A DNA stretch of 52,859 bases from a virus. Lineage: Duplodnaviria > Heunggongvirae > Uroviricota > Caudoviricetes. The stretch lies in IMG/VR virus record IMGVR_UViG_2909303794_000004, one strand, 5' to 3'. Positions within the stretch are counted from its first letter, which is position 1; each line of letters starts with the position of its first letter. Made by a program: the position numbers and the translations under genes. Below are positions 28,667-37,660 of the stretch, one piece after another. Under the pieces are notes generated by a model, which was given only the letters and a program-made list of their open reading frames with translations, was not told the DNA's origin and made no database searches.

Positions 28667-30766
28667 ATGGGTTTTTCATCAGCCCGAAATTTGGGAAGGG
28701 ACATATCGGCAGGATTTTCCCCACCACGTCGCATGCCGATTTCGGAGGCTGTTAAAAAATTCATGCGTGTTCCCAAGGGGGCTGGTAACTCGGTGCCATG
28801 GGATCCTGAACTGACACCCTACATCATTGAGCCCATGAACTGCCTGGCATCGCGTGAATACGATGCGGTGATTTTTGTTGGTCCTGCGCGAACAGGGAAG
28901 ACCATTGGTCTGATCGATGGATGGATTGTCTATACCATCGTTTGCGATCCTTCGGACATGCTCGTTGTGCAGATGACCGAAGATAAGGCCCGCGAGCATT
29001 CTAAAAAGCGCCTCGACAGAACGTTCAGAAGCAGTGCGTCGGTAAAGAAAAGAATGAGTCCACGTCGTAACGACAATAATGTCCATGATAAGACGTTCAG
29101 GGATGGCTCGTTCCTTAAAATTGGTTGGCCCTCGGTCAACATTATGTCGTCGTCGGATTACCGGTTTGTCGCCTTAACCGATTACGACCGTTTTCCGGAG
29201 AATATCGACAGCGAGGGTGATGGTTTCTCCCTGGCCTCAAAACGTACCACCACATTTATGTCCGCCGGGATGACTCTGGTGGAGAGCTCGCCGGGACGTG
29301 ACATCTGCGACAGCAAATGGCGACGTAAGTCGCCTCATGAAGCGCCACCGACGACTGGTATTCTTTCCCTTTACAATCGTGGTGACCGCCGCCGCTGGTA
29401 CTGGTCATGTCCGCACTGCGGTGAATATTTTCAGCCAGCCATGGATGCCATGACCGGCTACCGTAATGAACCGGATCCCTTTAAAGCCAGTGAGGCGGCG
29501 TATCTACTTTGCCCGCACTGCAGCGGCATTATCACTGCGGAGAAAAAGCGTGAGCTCAATAGTGCAGGAGTCTGGTTGCGTGAAGGTCAGGTCATTGATC
29601 GTAACGGCAACGTTTCCGGTGAACCGCGCCGCTCCCGTATCGCCAGTTTCTGGATGGAAGGGCCAGCTGCTGCGTATCAGACCTGGGCGCAACTGGTTTA
29701 CAAATTACTGACTGCAGAACAGGAGTATGAAGCGACAGGAAGCGAAGAAACACTCAGGGCGGTTATCAACACCGACTGGGGATTGCCTTATCTTCCTCGT
29801 GCCAGCATGGAGCAACGAAAAAGTGAACTGCTTGAGCAGCGGGCAGAGCCAGTTCCTTCCCGCAGTGTGCCGGATGGCGTTAATTTCCTTGTGGCGACAG
29901 TGGATGTGCAGGCGGGACGTCATCGCCGTTTTGTGGTTCAGGTAACGGGCTATGGCAGTCGTGGCGAACGCTGGATTATTGATCGTTACAACATCACGCA
30001 GTCATTGCGCAGTGACTGCGACGGGGAGAGCCAGCGAATTGATCCGGCCAGCTATCCGGAAGACTGGGATGTCCTGCTGACGGATGTTTTTCATAAAAGC
30101 TGGCCGCTGGCCTCCGACCCTTCTCAACAAATGCGACTGATGGCAATGGCGGTGGACTCCGGCGGTGAAGACGGGGTCACTGATAATGCCTATAAATTCT
30201 GGCGTCGTTGCCGTCGTGATGGCCTTGGCAAACGTATTTACCTGTTTAAGGGCGACAGCATCCGGCGCGCAAAACTGATCACCCGTACATTCCCTGATAA
30301 CACCGGACGAACGGGCCGACGGGCGCAGGCCGCAGGTGATGTGCCGCTCTGGCTTCTTCAGACGGATGCCCTGAAAGACCGGGTGAATAACGCGTTATGG
30401 CGTGACTCGCCAGGTCCCGGCTATGTGCATTTCCCTGACTGGCTGGGGAGCTGGTTTTACGACGAACTGACGTATGAAGAGCGGAGCAGTGACGGGAAAT
30501 GGAGTAAGCCGGGTCGCGGTGCCAACGAAGCTTTTGACCTGATGGTGTATGCCGAGGCTCTGGTCATTCTGCATGGATACGAAAAGATCCGCTGGCCGGA
30601 TGCACCGGAGTGGGCGAGCCGGGAAACCTGGCTGGAGTGTGTCCCGGACAGTACCGAACCGTCACCCTCACCGGAACCGGTATCCACGCCTGTTAAAAAA
30701 CAAAAACGGAAGAAAACAGTAACTGACGATGTTAACCCCTGGCTGACTTCCGGAGGATGGTTATGA
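28667..30766 (+). CDS. terminase large subunit (gpA-like)
   Basis: 699-aa ORF after AGGAGG; Walker-A-like GPARTGKT and C-terminal nuclease region; lambda gpA architecture. Confidence 0.9.
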   Translation: MGFSSARNLGRDISAGFSPPRRMPISEAVKKFMRVPKGAGNSVPWDPELTPYIIEPMNCLASREYDAVIFVGPARTGKTIGLIDGWIVYTIVCDPSDMLVVQMTEDKAREHSKKRLDRTFRSSASVKKRMSPRRNDNNVHDKTFRDGSFLKIGWPSVNIMSSSDYRFVALTDYDRFPENIDSEGDGFSLASKRTTTFMSAGMTLVESSPGRDICDSKWRRKSPHEAPPTTGILSLYNRGDRRRWYWSCPHCGEYFQPAMDAMTGYRNEPDPFKASEAAYLLCPHCSGIITAEKKRELNSAGVWLREGQVIDRNGNVSGEPRRSRIASFWMEGPAAAYQTWAQLVYKLLTAEQEYEATGSEETLRAVINTDWGLPYLPRASMEQRKSELLEQRAEPVPSRSVPDGVNFLVATVDVQAGRHRRFVVQVTGYGSRGERWIIDRYNITQSLRSDCDGESQRIDPASYPEDWDVLLTDVFHKSWPLASDPSQQMRLMAMAVDSGGEDGVTDNAYKFWRRCRRDGLGKRIYLFKGDSIRRAKLITRTFPDNTGRTGRRAQAAGDVPLWLLQTDALKDRVNNALWRDSPGPGYVHFPDWLGSWFYDELTYEERSSDGKWSKPGRGANEAFDLMVYAEALVILHGYEKIRWPDAPEWASRETWLECVPDSTEPSPSPEPVSTPVKKQKRKKTVTDDVNPWLTSGGWL

Positions 30767-30975
30767 ATCAGAATGATATTGAAGCCATGATTCAGCGTTA
30801 TACGGAAGCTGAAATGGCGGTGCTTGACGGAAAATCCGTCACTTTTAATGGTCAGCAGATGACCATGGAAAACTTATCTGAGATCCGGCAGGGGCGGCAG
30901 GAGTGGGAGCGCCGCCTTGCGGCTCTGATTACACGACGACGTGGGCATCCCGGGTACCGGCTGGCGAGGTTCTGA
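30763..30975 (+). CDS. head-tail joining protein gpW-like
   Basis: about 70-aa ORF; start overlaps the terminase stop (ATGA); C-terminus …RRRGHPGYRLARF resembles lambda W. Confidence 0.7.
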   Translation: MNQNDIEAMIQRYTEAEMAVLDGKSVTFNGQQMTMENLSEIRQGRQEWERRLAALITRRRGHPGYRLARF

Positions 30976-32483
30976 TGGCAATTCTTGATGATGTGATTGG
31001 CGTTTTTTCACCAGGATGGAAAGCGGCAAGGCTGCGTTCCCGTGCGGTGATCCAGGCTTATGAGGCCGTAAAAACGACGCGGACACACAAAGCCCGACGG
31101 GAGAACCGAACTGCCGACCAGTTAAGCCAGTACGGGGCCGTGTCGTTACGTGAGCAGGCCCGTTACCTTGATAACAACCACGATCTGGTCATTGGTGTAT
31201 TTGACAAGCTGGAAGAACGGGTGGTGGGGAAAAACGGGATTATTGTCGAGCCACATCCGGTATTACGCAATGGGGCCATTGCCCGTGATCTGGCAGCGGA
31301 GATACGTACCCGATGGAGTGAATGGTCTGTCAGTCCGGAGGTCACCGGGCAGTTTACCCGTCCGATGCTGGAACGTCTGATGCTGCGTACCTGGCTGCGC
31401 GATGGTGAGGTGTTTGCCCAGATGGTTTCCGGGCGCATAAACAGCCTGACGCCTTCTGCCGGTGTTCATTTCTGGCTGGAGGCGCTCGAGCCAGACTTTA
31501 TTCCCATGACCAGTGATGAGAGCAACAGGCTGAATCAGGGCGTGTTTGTTGATGACTGGGGGCGTCCCGAAAAATATCTGGTGTATAAAAGCCGTCCCGT
31601 ATCCGGACGGCAGATGGAAACCAAAGAAGTTGATGCAGAGCGAATGCTGCATCTTAAATTTGTTCGCCGTCTGCACCAGATGCGCGGGACGTCTTTATTG
31701 TCCGGTGTGCTGATCCGCCTCAGTGCCCTGAAAGAATATGAAGATTCTGAGCTGACTGCAGCAAGGATCGCCGCTGCTCTGGGGATGTACATCCGGAAAG
31801 GCGACGGGCAGAGCTATGAACCGGATGGTAATGGCAGAAAGGAGAATGAACGTGAGCTTACCATTCAGCCGGGCATTATTTACGACGATCTGAAACCCGG
31901 CGAAGAAATCGGAATGGTGAAGTCGGATCGCCCCAATCCTAACCTTGAAACTTTTCGTAATGGTCAGTTGCGTGCCGTGGCGGCGGGCAGTCGTCTGAGT
32001 TTTTCCAGTACAGCGCGCAACTATAACGGCACTTACAGCGCCCAGCGTCAGGAGCTGGTTGAATCTACTGATGGCTACCTGATCCTGCAGGACTGGTTTA
32101 TTGGTGCCGTCACCCGCCCGATGTATCGTGCATGGCTGAAACAGGCTGTGGCATCCGGTGTTATCAGGCTACCCCGCGATCTTGACCGTTCTTCACTGTA
32201 TACCGCGGTGTATTCCGGACCAGTGATGCCGTGGATTGACCCTGTTAAGGAGGCTGAGGCCTGGAAAATCCAGATTCGTGGTGGAGCGGCGACAGAATCA
32301 GACTGGGTACGTGCTGGTGGTCGTAATCCGGATGATGTCAAACGTCGGCGCAAGGCCGAAATTGATGAAAACCGCAAGCTGGATCTGGTATTTGATACCG
32401 ATCCGGCCAGTGATAAAGGAGGCAGTAGTGCCGCAACGAAACGACAGGAGCCGCAGCACACCGACGACCAGTCCGAAGAATAA
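30975..32483 (+). CDS. portal protein (gpB-like)
   Basis: about 500-aa ORF; start overlaps the W stop (TGATG); canonical position. Confidence 0.85.
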   Translation: MAILDDVIGVFSPGWKAARLRSRAVIQAYEAVKTTRTHKARRENRTADQLSQYGAVSLREQARYLDNNHDLVIGVFDKLEERVVGKNGIIVEPHPVLRNGAIARDLAAEIRTRWSEWSVSPEVTGQFTRPMLERLMLRTWLRDGEVFAQMVSGRINSLTPSAGVHFWLEALEPDFIPMTSDESNRLNQGVFVDDWGRPEKYLVYKSRPVSGRQMETKEVDAERMLHLKFVRRLHQMRGTSLLSGVLIRLSALKEYEDSELTAARIAAALGMYIRKGDGQSYEPDGNGRKENERELTIQPGIIYDDLKPGEEIGMVKSDRPNPNLETFRNGQLRAVAAGSRLSFSSTARNYNGTYSAQRQELVESTDGYLILQDWFIGAVTRPMYRAWLKQAVASGVIRLPRDLDRSSLYTAVYSGPVMPWIDPVKEAEAWKIQIRGGAATESDWVRAGGRNPDDVKRRRKAEIDENRKLDLVFDTDPASDKGGSSAATKRQEPQHTDDQSEE

Positions 32484-32496
32484 TTCCTGGTTCAGG

Positions 32497-34455
32497 ATGC
32501 AGGCTGGTCACCAGAGTGACGCGGATATTTATATTTATGACGAGATTGGTTTCTGGGGTGTTACAGCGAAGCAGTTTATCAGTGATCTGAATGCACTGGG
32601 CGATATCACCCACATTAATCTCCATATTAATTCACCGGGTGGCGATGTCTTTGAAGGCATCGCCATTTTTAATGCGCTGAAAACACATGGTGCGTCCATT
32701 ACCGTTTATGTCGACGGTGTGGCGGCGTCAATGGCGTCGGTCATTGCGATGGTAGGAAACCCGGTCATTATGCCGGAAAACACCTTCATGATGATTCATA
32801 AACCATTTGGCTTTACGGGCGGTGATGCGGAGGACATGCGCACCTATGCCGACCTGCTCGATAAAGTTGAGGCGGTTCTGTTACCCGCTTATGCACAGAA
32901 AACCGGGAAAACCACCGATGAAATTGCTGCCATGCTGGCGGATGAGACCTGGATGTCCGGTGCCGAATGTCTGGCACATGGATTTGCTGATCAGGTAACG
33001 CCAGCCGTTAAGGCAATGGCATGTATTCAGTCAAAACGTACAGAGGAATTTAAAAAGATGCCGGAATCCATTCGAAACATGATTACTCCGCCACGCAACA
33101 GTGCTCCACGCGTACAGGATAATGAACCTGAAGCCTCCCGGACGCCAGTGCAGGCAGCAGCACCCGTGGTGGATGAAAACAGCATCCGTGCGCAGATACT
33201 GGCAGAGCAAAAAGCGCGTGTAAACGGTATTAATGATCTGTTTGCCATGTTTGGCGGGCGTTATCAGACGCTGCAGGCTCAGTGTCTTGCCGATCCTGAA
33301 TGTTCGCTGGAGCAGGCCCGTGAAAAGCTGTTGAACGAGATGGGGCGCGAGTCCACGCCATCCAATAAAAATACCCCAGCTCATATTTATGCCGGTAACG
33401 GTAATTTTGTGGGGGACGGGATTCGCCAGGCGCTGATGGCGCGTGCCGGATTTGAAAAAACCGAACGTGATAATGTTTACAACGGGATGACCCTGCGTGA
33501 ATATGCCCGTATGTCACTAACTGAGCGGGGTATTGGGGTTTCCGGTTATAACCCGATGCAGATGGTCGGTGCGGCGTTCACACACAGTACGTCTGACTTC
33601 GGTAATATTCTGCTGGATGTTGCGAACAAAGCCATTCTGCAGGGCTGGGAAGATGCCCCTGAAACCTATGAACAGTGGACGCGGAAAGGTCAGTTGTCTG
33701 ATTTTAAAATTGCCCATCGTGTGGGTATGGGTGGCTTCAGTGCTCTGCGTCAGGTGCGTGAAGGGGCGGAATATAAATACGTCACCACCGGAGATAAACA
33801 GGCCACTATTGCACTGGCGACCTATGGCGAGCTGTTCAGTATCACCCGTCAGGCCATTATCAATGATGATCTGAATATGCTGACCGATGTCCCGATGAAA
33901 CTGGGCCGTGCGGCGAAATCCACTATTGCCGATCTGGTTTATGCCATTCTGACGTCTAACCCGAAAATCTCCACAGATAATGTAAGTCTGTTCGATAAAG
34001 CGAAACATGCAAACGTACTGGAGAGCGCAGCAATGGACGTGGCATCGCTGGATAAAGCCCGCCAGTTGATGCGCGTTCAGAAAGAGGGGGAGCGTCATCT
34101 GAATATTCGTCCTGCGTTCGTACTGGTACCGACGGCGATGGAGTCTGTTGCTAACCAGGTCATTCGCTCCTCAAGTGTCAAGGGGGCTGACATTAACGCC
34201 GGTATTATTAACCCGGTGAAAGATTTTGCGACCGTTATTGCAGAGCCTCGTCTTGATGATAACAGCCAGACCACCTTCTACCTGGCTGCGTCAAAAGGCT
34301 CCGATACGATTGAAGTGGCTTATCTCAACGGTGTGGATACGCCATATATTGATCAGATGGAGGGCTTCAGTGTGGATGGCGTGACAACGAAAGTGCGTAT
34401 TGACGCCGGTGTCGCGCCAGTTGATCACCGCGGTCTGGTGAAATGTACGGCGTAA
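32497..34455 (+). CDS. fused prohead protease (ClpP-like serine protease) - scaffold-like linker - major capsid protein
   Basis: one uninterrupted frame; N-terminal ClpP-type motifs (INSPGGDVFEG…GVAASMASVIA), then a helical linker, then a capsid-like C-terminal domain of about 300 aa; start 32497 is the first ATG after the portal stop. Confidence 0.75.
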   Translation: MQAGHQSDADIYIYDEIGFWGVTAKQFISDLNALGDITHINLHINSPGGDVFEGIAIFNALKTHGASITVYVDGVAASMASVIAMVGNPVIMPENTFMMIHKPFGFTGGDAEDMRTYADLLDKVEAVLLPAYAQKTGKTTDEIAAMLADETWMSGAECLAHGFADQVTPAVKAMACIQSKRTEEFKKMPESIRNMITPPRNSAPRVQDNEPEASRTPVQAAAPVVDENSIRAQILAEQKARVNGINDLFAMFGGRYQTLQAQCLADPECSLEQAREKLLNEMGRESTPSNKNTPAHIYAGNGNFVGDGIRQALMARAGFEKTERDNVYNGMTLREYARMSLTERGIGVSGYNPMQMVGAAFTHSTSDFGNILLDVANKAILQGWEDAPETYEQWTRKGQLSDFKIAHRVGMGGFSALRQVREGAEYKYVTTGDKQATIALATYGELFSITRQAIINDDLNMLTDVPMKLGRAAKSTIADLVYAILTSNPKISTDNVSLFDKAKHANVLESAAMDVASLDKARQLMRVQKEGERHLNIRPAFVLVPTAMESVANQVIRSSSVKGADINAGIINPVKDFATVIAEPRLDDNSQTTFYLAASKGSDTIEVAYLNGVDTPYIDQMEGFSVDGVTTKVRIDAGVAPVDHRGLVKCTA

Positions 34456-34477
34456 ACGTCGCAGACAACAACTCTGA

Positions 34478-34499
34478 TGGCCCGTAAGGGCTTTTTTTG
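34478..34499 (+). terminator. intrinsic terminator after the capsid gene
   Basis: GGCCCGTAAGGGCTTTTTTT. Confidence 0.6.
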
Positions 34500-34541
34500 T
34501 ACCTGAAATCAGCCCCTGAACGGGGCTGTGCGGAGACAGTT

Positions 34542-34865
34542 ATGGCAAAGAATTTTGTAGAAGAAGGAAAAACGGTGGCGATTGTTGCCAGTGCAGCCAT
34601 CAGCAGCGGAGATCTGGTGCAGGTGGGCGATGTTTTTGCGGTGGCGCTGACCGATATTCCACAGGGTGAAACAGGCGACGGCATGACCGAAGGTGTGTTT
34701 ATGCTGCCTAAGCTGAAAACGGATGACATGAAAACGGGTAAGAAGGTTTATCTGAAGTCCGGAAAAGTTCAGCTGACTAACAGCGGCTCTGATCCGCTGG
34801 TCGGGGTTGTCTGGGCAGATGCCGGAACCAGTGCAGAAGAAGTGCCGGTAAAACTCAATGTCTGA
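34542..34865 (+). CDS. head-associated protein (107 aa), function unknown
   Basis: internal start MAKNFVEEGKT… after GGAGA; between the capsid and tail-completion genes. Confidence 0.6.
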   Translation: MAKNFVEEGKTVAIVASAAISSGDLVQVGDVFAVALTDIPQGETGDGMTEGVFMLPKLKTDDMKTGKKVYLKSGKVQLTNSGSDPLVGVVWADAGTSAEEVPVKLNV

Positions 34866-35133
34866 TCCCTTTTCCCGGCTGGCAGCGCGTATGGATGCTA
34901 TCACGGTCAGAAAGATGGGAAAGACAGCCTCGATTAATGATGTCGATATGACTGTGATCCCGGGAGAAACACTGGCAGAGCTGAATGCTCTGTCCGGACC
35001 TGCGGTCTCTCTGGTGGTGTTTTCTTCGGGATACCGCCCACGGCGCGGGGATCGCGTTGTTTATGACGGACAACAATGGACGGTCACACGGCATGAACGC
35101 TTTAACGGTAAGCCAATGATCTTTATTGAGTAA
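34858..35133 (+). CDS. head-tail adaptor-like protein (91 aa)
   Basis: overlaps the previous stop; position equivalent to lambda FII. Confidence 0.55.
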   Translation: MSDPFSRLAARMDAITVRKMGKTASINDVDMTVIPGETLAELNALSGPAVSLVVFSSGYRPRRGDRVVYDGQQWTVTRHERFNGKPMIFIE

Positions 35134-35144
35134 AGAGGTGTGGG

Positions 35145-35723
35145 ATGAAGGGGCTTGAGAATGCCATCCGCAATCTGAACAGCCTTGATACCCGTATGGT
35201 GCCACAGGCCAGCGCATGGGCGATAAACCGTGTGGCACAGAAAGCGGTCTCGGTTGCCACCCGGCAGGTTGCCGGGAATACCGTTGCGGGAGATAACCAG
35301 GTGAAAGGGATCCCCCTGAAACTGGTACGTCAGCGTGTCCGGGTGTTTAAAGCCAGTCCGTCAGGAAAAATGACGGCCAGGATCCGCGTTAACCGGGGCA
35401 ATCTGCCTGCCATTAAGCTGGGGACAGCCCGGGTCAGACTGGCCCGGCGTGGTGGAAAACTGCAGTACCGTGGCAGTGTGCTGAAGGTGGGTAAATATCT
35501 TTTCCGGGATGCGTTTATTCAGCAACTGGCGAATGGTCGCTGGCATGTGATGCGGCGTATTGATGGCAAAAATCGTTACCCCATTGATGTGGTGAAAATC
35601 CCGCTGTCCGGACCGCTGACACAGGCATTTGAAGATGCCCGCGACCGCATCATTGCTGCGGAAATGCCGAAACAGCTGGGGTATGCACTGAAACAACAAC
35701 TGAGGTTATGGCTGACCCGATGA
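35145..35723 (+). CDS. Z: tail completion protein gpZ-like (192 aa)
   Basis: MKGLENAIRNLNSL…GRWHVMRRIDGKNRYPIDVVKIPL… resembles lambda Z; same length. Confidence 0.85.
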   Translation: MKGLENAIRNLNSLDTRMVPQASAWAINRVAQKAVSVATRQVAGNTVAGDNQVKGIPLKLVRQRVRVFKASPSGKMTARIRVNRGNLPAIKLGTARVRLARRGGKLQYRGSVLKVGKYLFRDAFIQQLANGRWHVMRRIDGKNRYPIDVVKIPLSGPLTQAFEDARDRIIAAEMPKQLGYALKQQLRLWLTR

Positions 35724-36121
35724 ACCGACATACACAAATCCGCCAGGTCGTACTGGCACGCCTTCGGGAACAGTGTGGAGACAGCGCCACGTTTTTTGAC
35801 GGGCTTCCGGCATTTGTTGATGCGCAGGAACTGCCTGCCGTGGCGGTGTGGCTGAGTGATGCTCAGTACACCGGAAAAATGACGGATGAAGATGACTGGC
35901 AGGCTGTTCTGCATATTGCCGTCTTCATCCGGGCACAGGCACCGGATTCAGAGCTGGATATGTGGATGGAGAGCACCATTTTTCCTGCCCTGAATGATAT
36001 ACCGGCACTTTCCGGACTCATCGACACCCTGATCCCACTCGGTTTTAACTATCAACGTGATAATGAGATGGCCACCTGGGCGATGGCGGAAATCACGTAC
36101 CAGATCACGTACACGAATTAA
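35708..36121 (+). CDS. U: tail terminator protein gpU-like
   Basis: …ATFFDGLPAFVDAQELPAVAVWLSDAQYTG…DSELDMWMES…IPALS… resembles lambda U; true start may be the ATG at 35720 overlapping the Z stop. Confidence 0.85.
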   Translation: MADPMNRHTQIRQVVLARLREQCGDSATFFDGLPAFVDAQELPAVAVWLSDAQYTGKMTDEDDWQAVLHIAVFIRAQAPDSELDMWMESTIFPALNDIPALSGLIDTLIPLGFNYQRDNEMATWAMAEITYQITYTN

Positions 36122-36131
36122 GGAGGTGGTA

Positions 36132-36875
36132 ATGACCACACCAAATCCACTGGCAAAGACGAAAGGTGCGGGGACGACGTTCTGGATGTATACCGGCAAC
36201 GGCGATGCGTTTGCGAATCCTTTGTCGGACACTGACTGGCTGCGTCTTGCGATGGTGAAGGATCTGCAACCTGGCGAAATGACCGCTGATGCAGAAGATG
36301 ACACTTATCTCGATGATGAAGATGCAGACTGGAAAACGACAACCCAGGGGCAGAAATCCGTCGGTGATACTTCGGCGACGCTGGCCTGGCGTCCGGGTGA
36401 CAGCGGACAGAAAAAACTGGTTCAGTTGTTCGACTCCGGTGAAGTCTGCGCGTTTCGTATCAAATATCCCAACGGTACTGTTGATGTTTTCCGTGGCTGG
36501 CTGAGTTCACTGGGTAAAACCATTGCCTCAAAAGACGTGATGACCCGCACCGTGAAAATCAGCGGTGTGGGGCGTCCATATCTGGCAGAGGAGGGCACTG
36601 AAACCGTGGGCGTTACCGGGCTGACGGTGGCACCGGCATCCGCCAGTGTCAATGTGGGAGCAACCACCACGCTGACCTTTACAGTAAAACCTGACGGAGC
36701 CAGTGACAAAGCGATCAGTGTGCATTCGACAGATCCACAGACTGCCACGGTGACCCTGAACGGGCTTGTGGCCACGGTGAAAGGCGTGAAGCAGGGCAGT
36801 GTCAGCATTGTGGGCATGACTTCTGACGGCGATTTTGTGGCAGTGGCTACGGTGGCTGTCAGCGCCGCAGGTTAA
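36132..36875 (+). CDS. V: major tail protein gpV-like with C-terminal Ig-like domain
   Basis: MTTPNPLAKTKGAGTTFWMYTGNGDAFANPLSDTDW…YLDDEDADW… resembles lambda V; ATG after AGGAGG. Confidence 0.9.
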   Translation: MTTPNPLAKTKGAGTTFWMYTGNGDAFANPLSDTDWLRLAMVKDLQPGEMTADAEDDTYLDDEDADWKTTTQGQKSVGDTSATLAWRPGDSGQKKLVQLFDSGEVCAFRIKYPNGTVDVFRGWLSSLGKTIASKDVMTRTVKISGVGRPYLAEEGTETVGVTGLTVAPASASVNVGATTTLTFTVKPDGASDKAISVHSTDPQTATVTLNGLVATVKGVKQGSVSIVGMTSDGDFVAVATVAVSAAG

Positions 36876-36895
36876 CAGGACGATACTCATCATTT

Positions 36896-36920
36896 GCCCC
36901 GGTTATCCGGGGCTTTTTTG
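36896..36920 (+). terminator. intrinsic terminator-like hairpin between V and G
   Basis: GCCCCGGTTATCCGGGGCTTTTTT. Confidence 0.5.
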
Positions 36921-36935
36921 CAGGTGGAGAACATG

Positions 36936-37322
36936 ATGTTTCTGAAACAGGGCACGTTTAATTATGAAAAACAGTCCGTGGTGCTCAGTGAGCTGTCCGG
37001 GCTGCAGAGAATTGAATATCTGGCGTTTGTTCAGCAGCGAACGGCAAAGTTTGATGCCGAAGAGGGAGAACTGCCGGAGGCTGAACGACAGATTGCTTTT
37101 CTGCGGATGGGGATGGATATCAATGCCTGGCTGGTTTCCCGCTCACTGTGGAATGCGGAACAGTCTCAGGATGTTGAGACGCTTTGCGCATCCGTTATTA
37201 CAACATGGTCGTATGATGCCCTGGGTGCGGGGGCGGAGATGGTTCTGTCGCTGAGCGGTATGGGGGCCATTGAGAATGCCGGGGATTTGGAGCATGAGGC
37301 GCTGACGCCGGAAAAGTCCTGA
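36936..37322 (+). CDS. G: tail assembly chaperone gpG-like
   Basis: MFLKQGTFNYEKQSVVLSELSGLQRIEYLAFV… resembles lambda G. Confidence 0.85.
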   Translation: MFLKQGTFNYEKQSVVLSELSGLQRIEYLAFVQQRTAKFDAEEGELPEAERQIAFLRMGMDINAWLVSRSLWNAEQSQDVETLCASVITTWSYDALGAGAEMVLSLSGMGAIENAGDLEHEALTPEKS

Positions 37323-37330
37323 CGCGGGAA

Positions 37331-37660
37331 ATGCAGTTTGTCATGCGGCTTGCCCGGGAGTTCAGGCGAGCAGACTGGCGGCGGATGCTGTCGGAAATGT
37401 CGGCTACTGAGCTTGGTGAGTGGGGCGATTATTTCCGGATGCAGAGCTTCAGTGATGTGTGGATGGATGCGCAGTTTGCCTCGCTGAAGGCATTGATCGT
37501 GAGAATGGTGTCCGGCAGCAGTGATGCTGCGGTGGCTGATTTCAGCCTTTTACCGGAAGAGAACGGGATACCGGAGCGAACGGACGAAGAACTGATGCAT
37601 CTTGGGGAAGGTATTTCCGGAGGTGTGCGTTATGGACCAGATAGCCAACCTGGTCATTGA
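37331..37660 (+). CDS. T: gpT-like frame, expected to be expressed as a G-T fusion by programmed -1 frameshift
   Basis: -1 frame relative to G is open from 37298; candidate slip region GGAAAAG at 37310-37316 just before the G stop; lambda G/GT precedent. Confidence 0.7.
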   Translation: MQFVMRLAREFRRADWRRMLSEMSATELGEWGDYFRMQSFSDVWMDAQFASLKALIVRMVSGSSDAAVADFSLLPEENGIPERTDEELMHLGEGISGGVRYGPDSQPGH

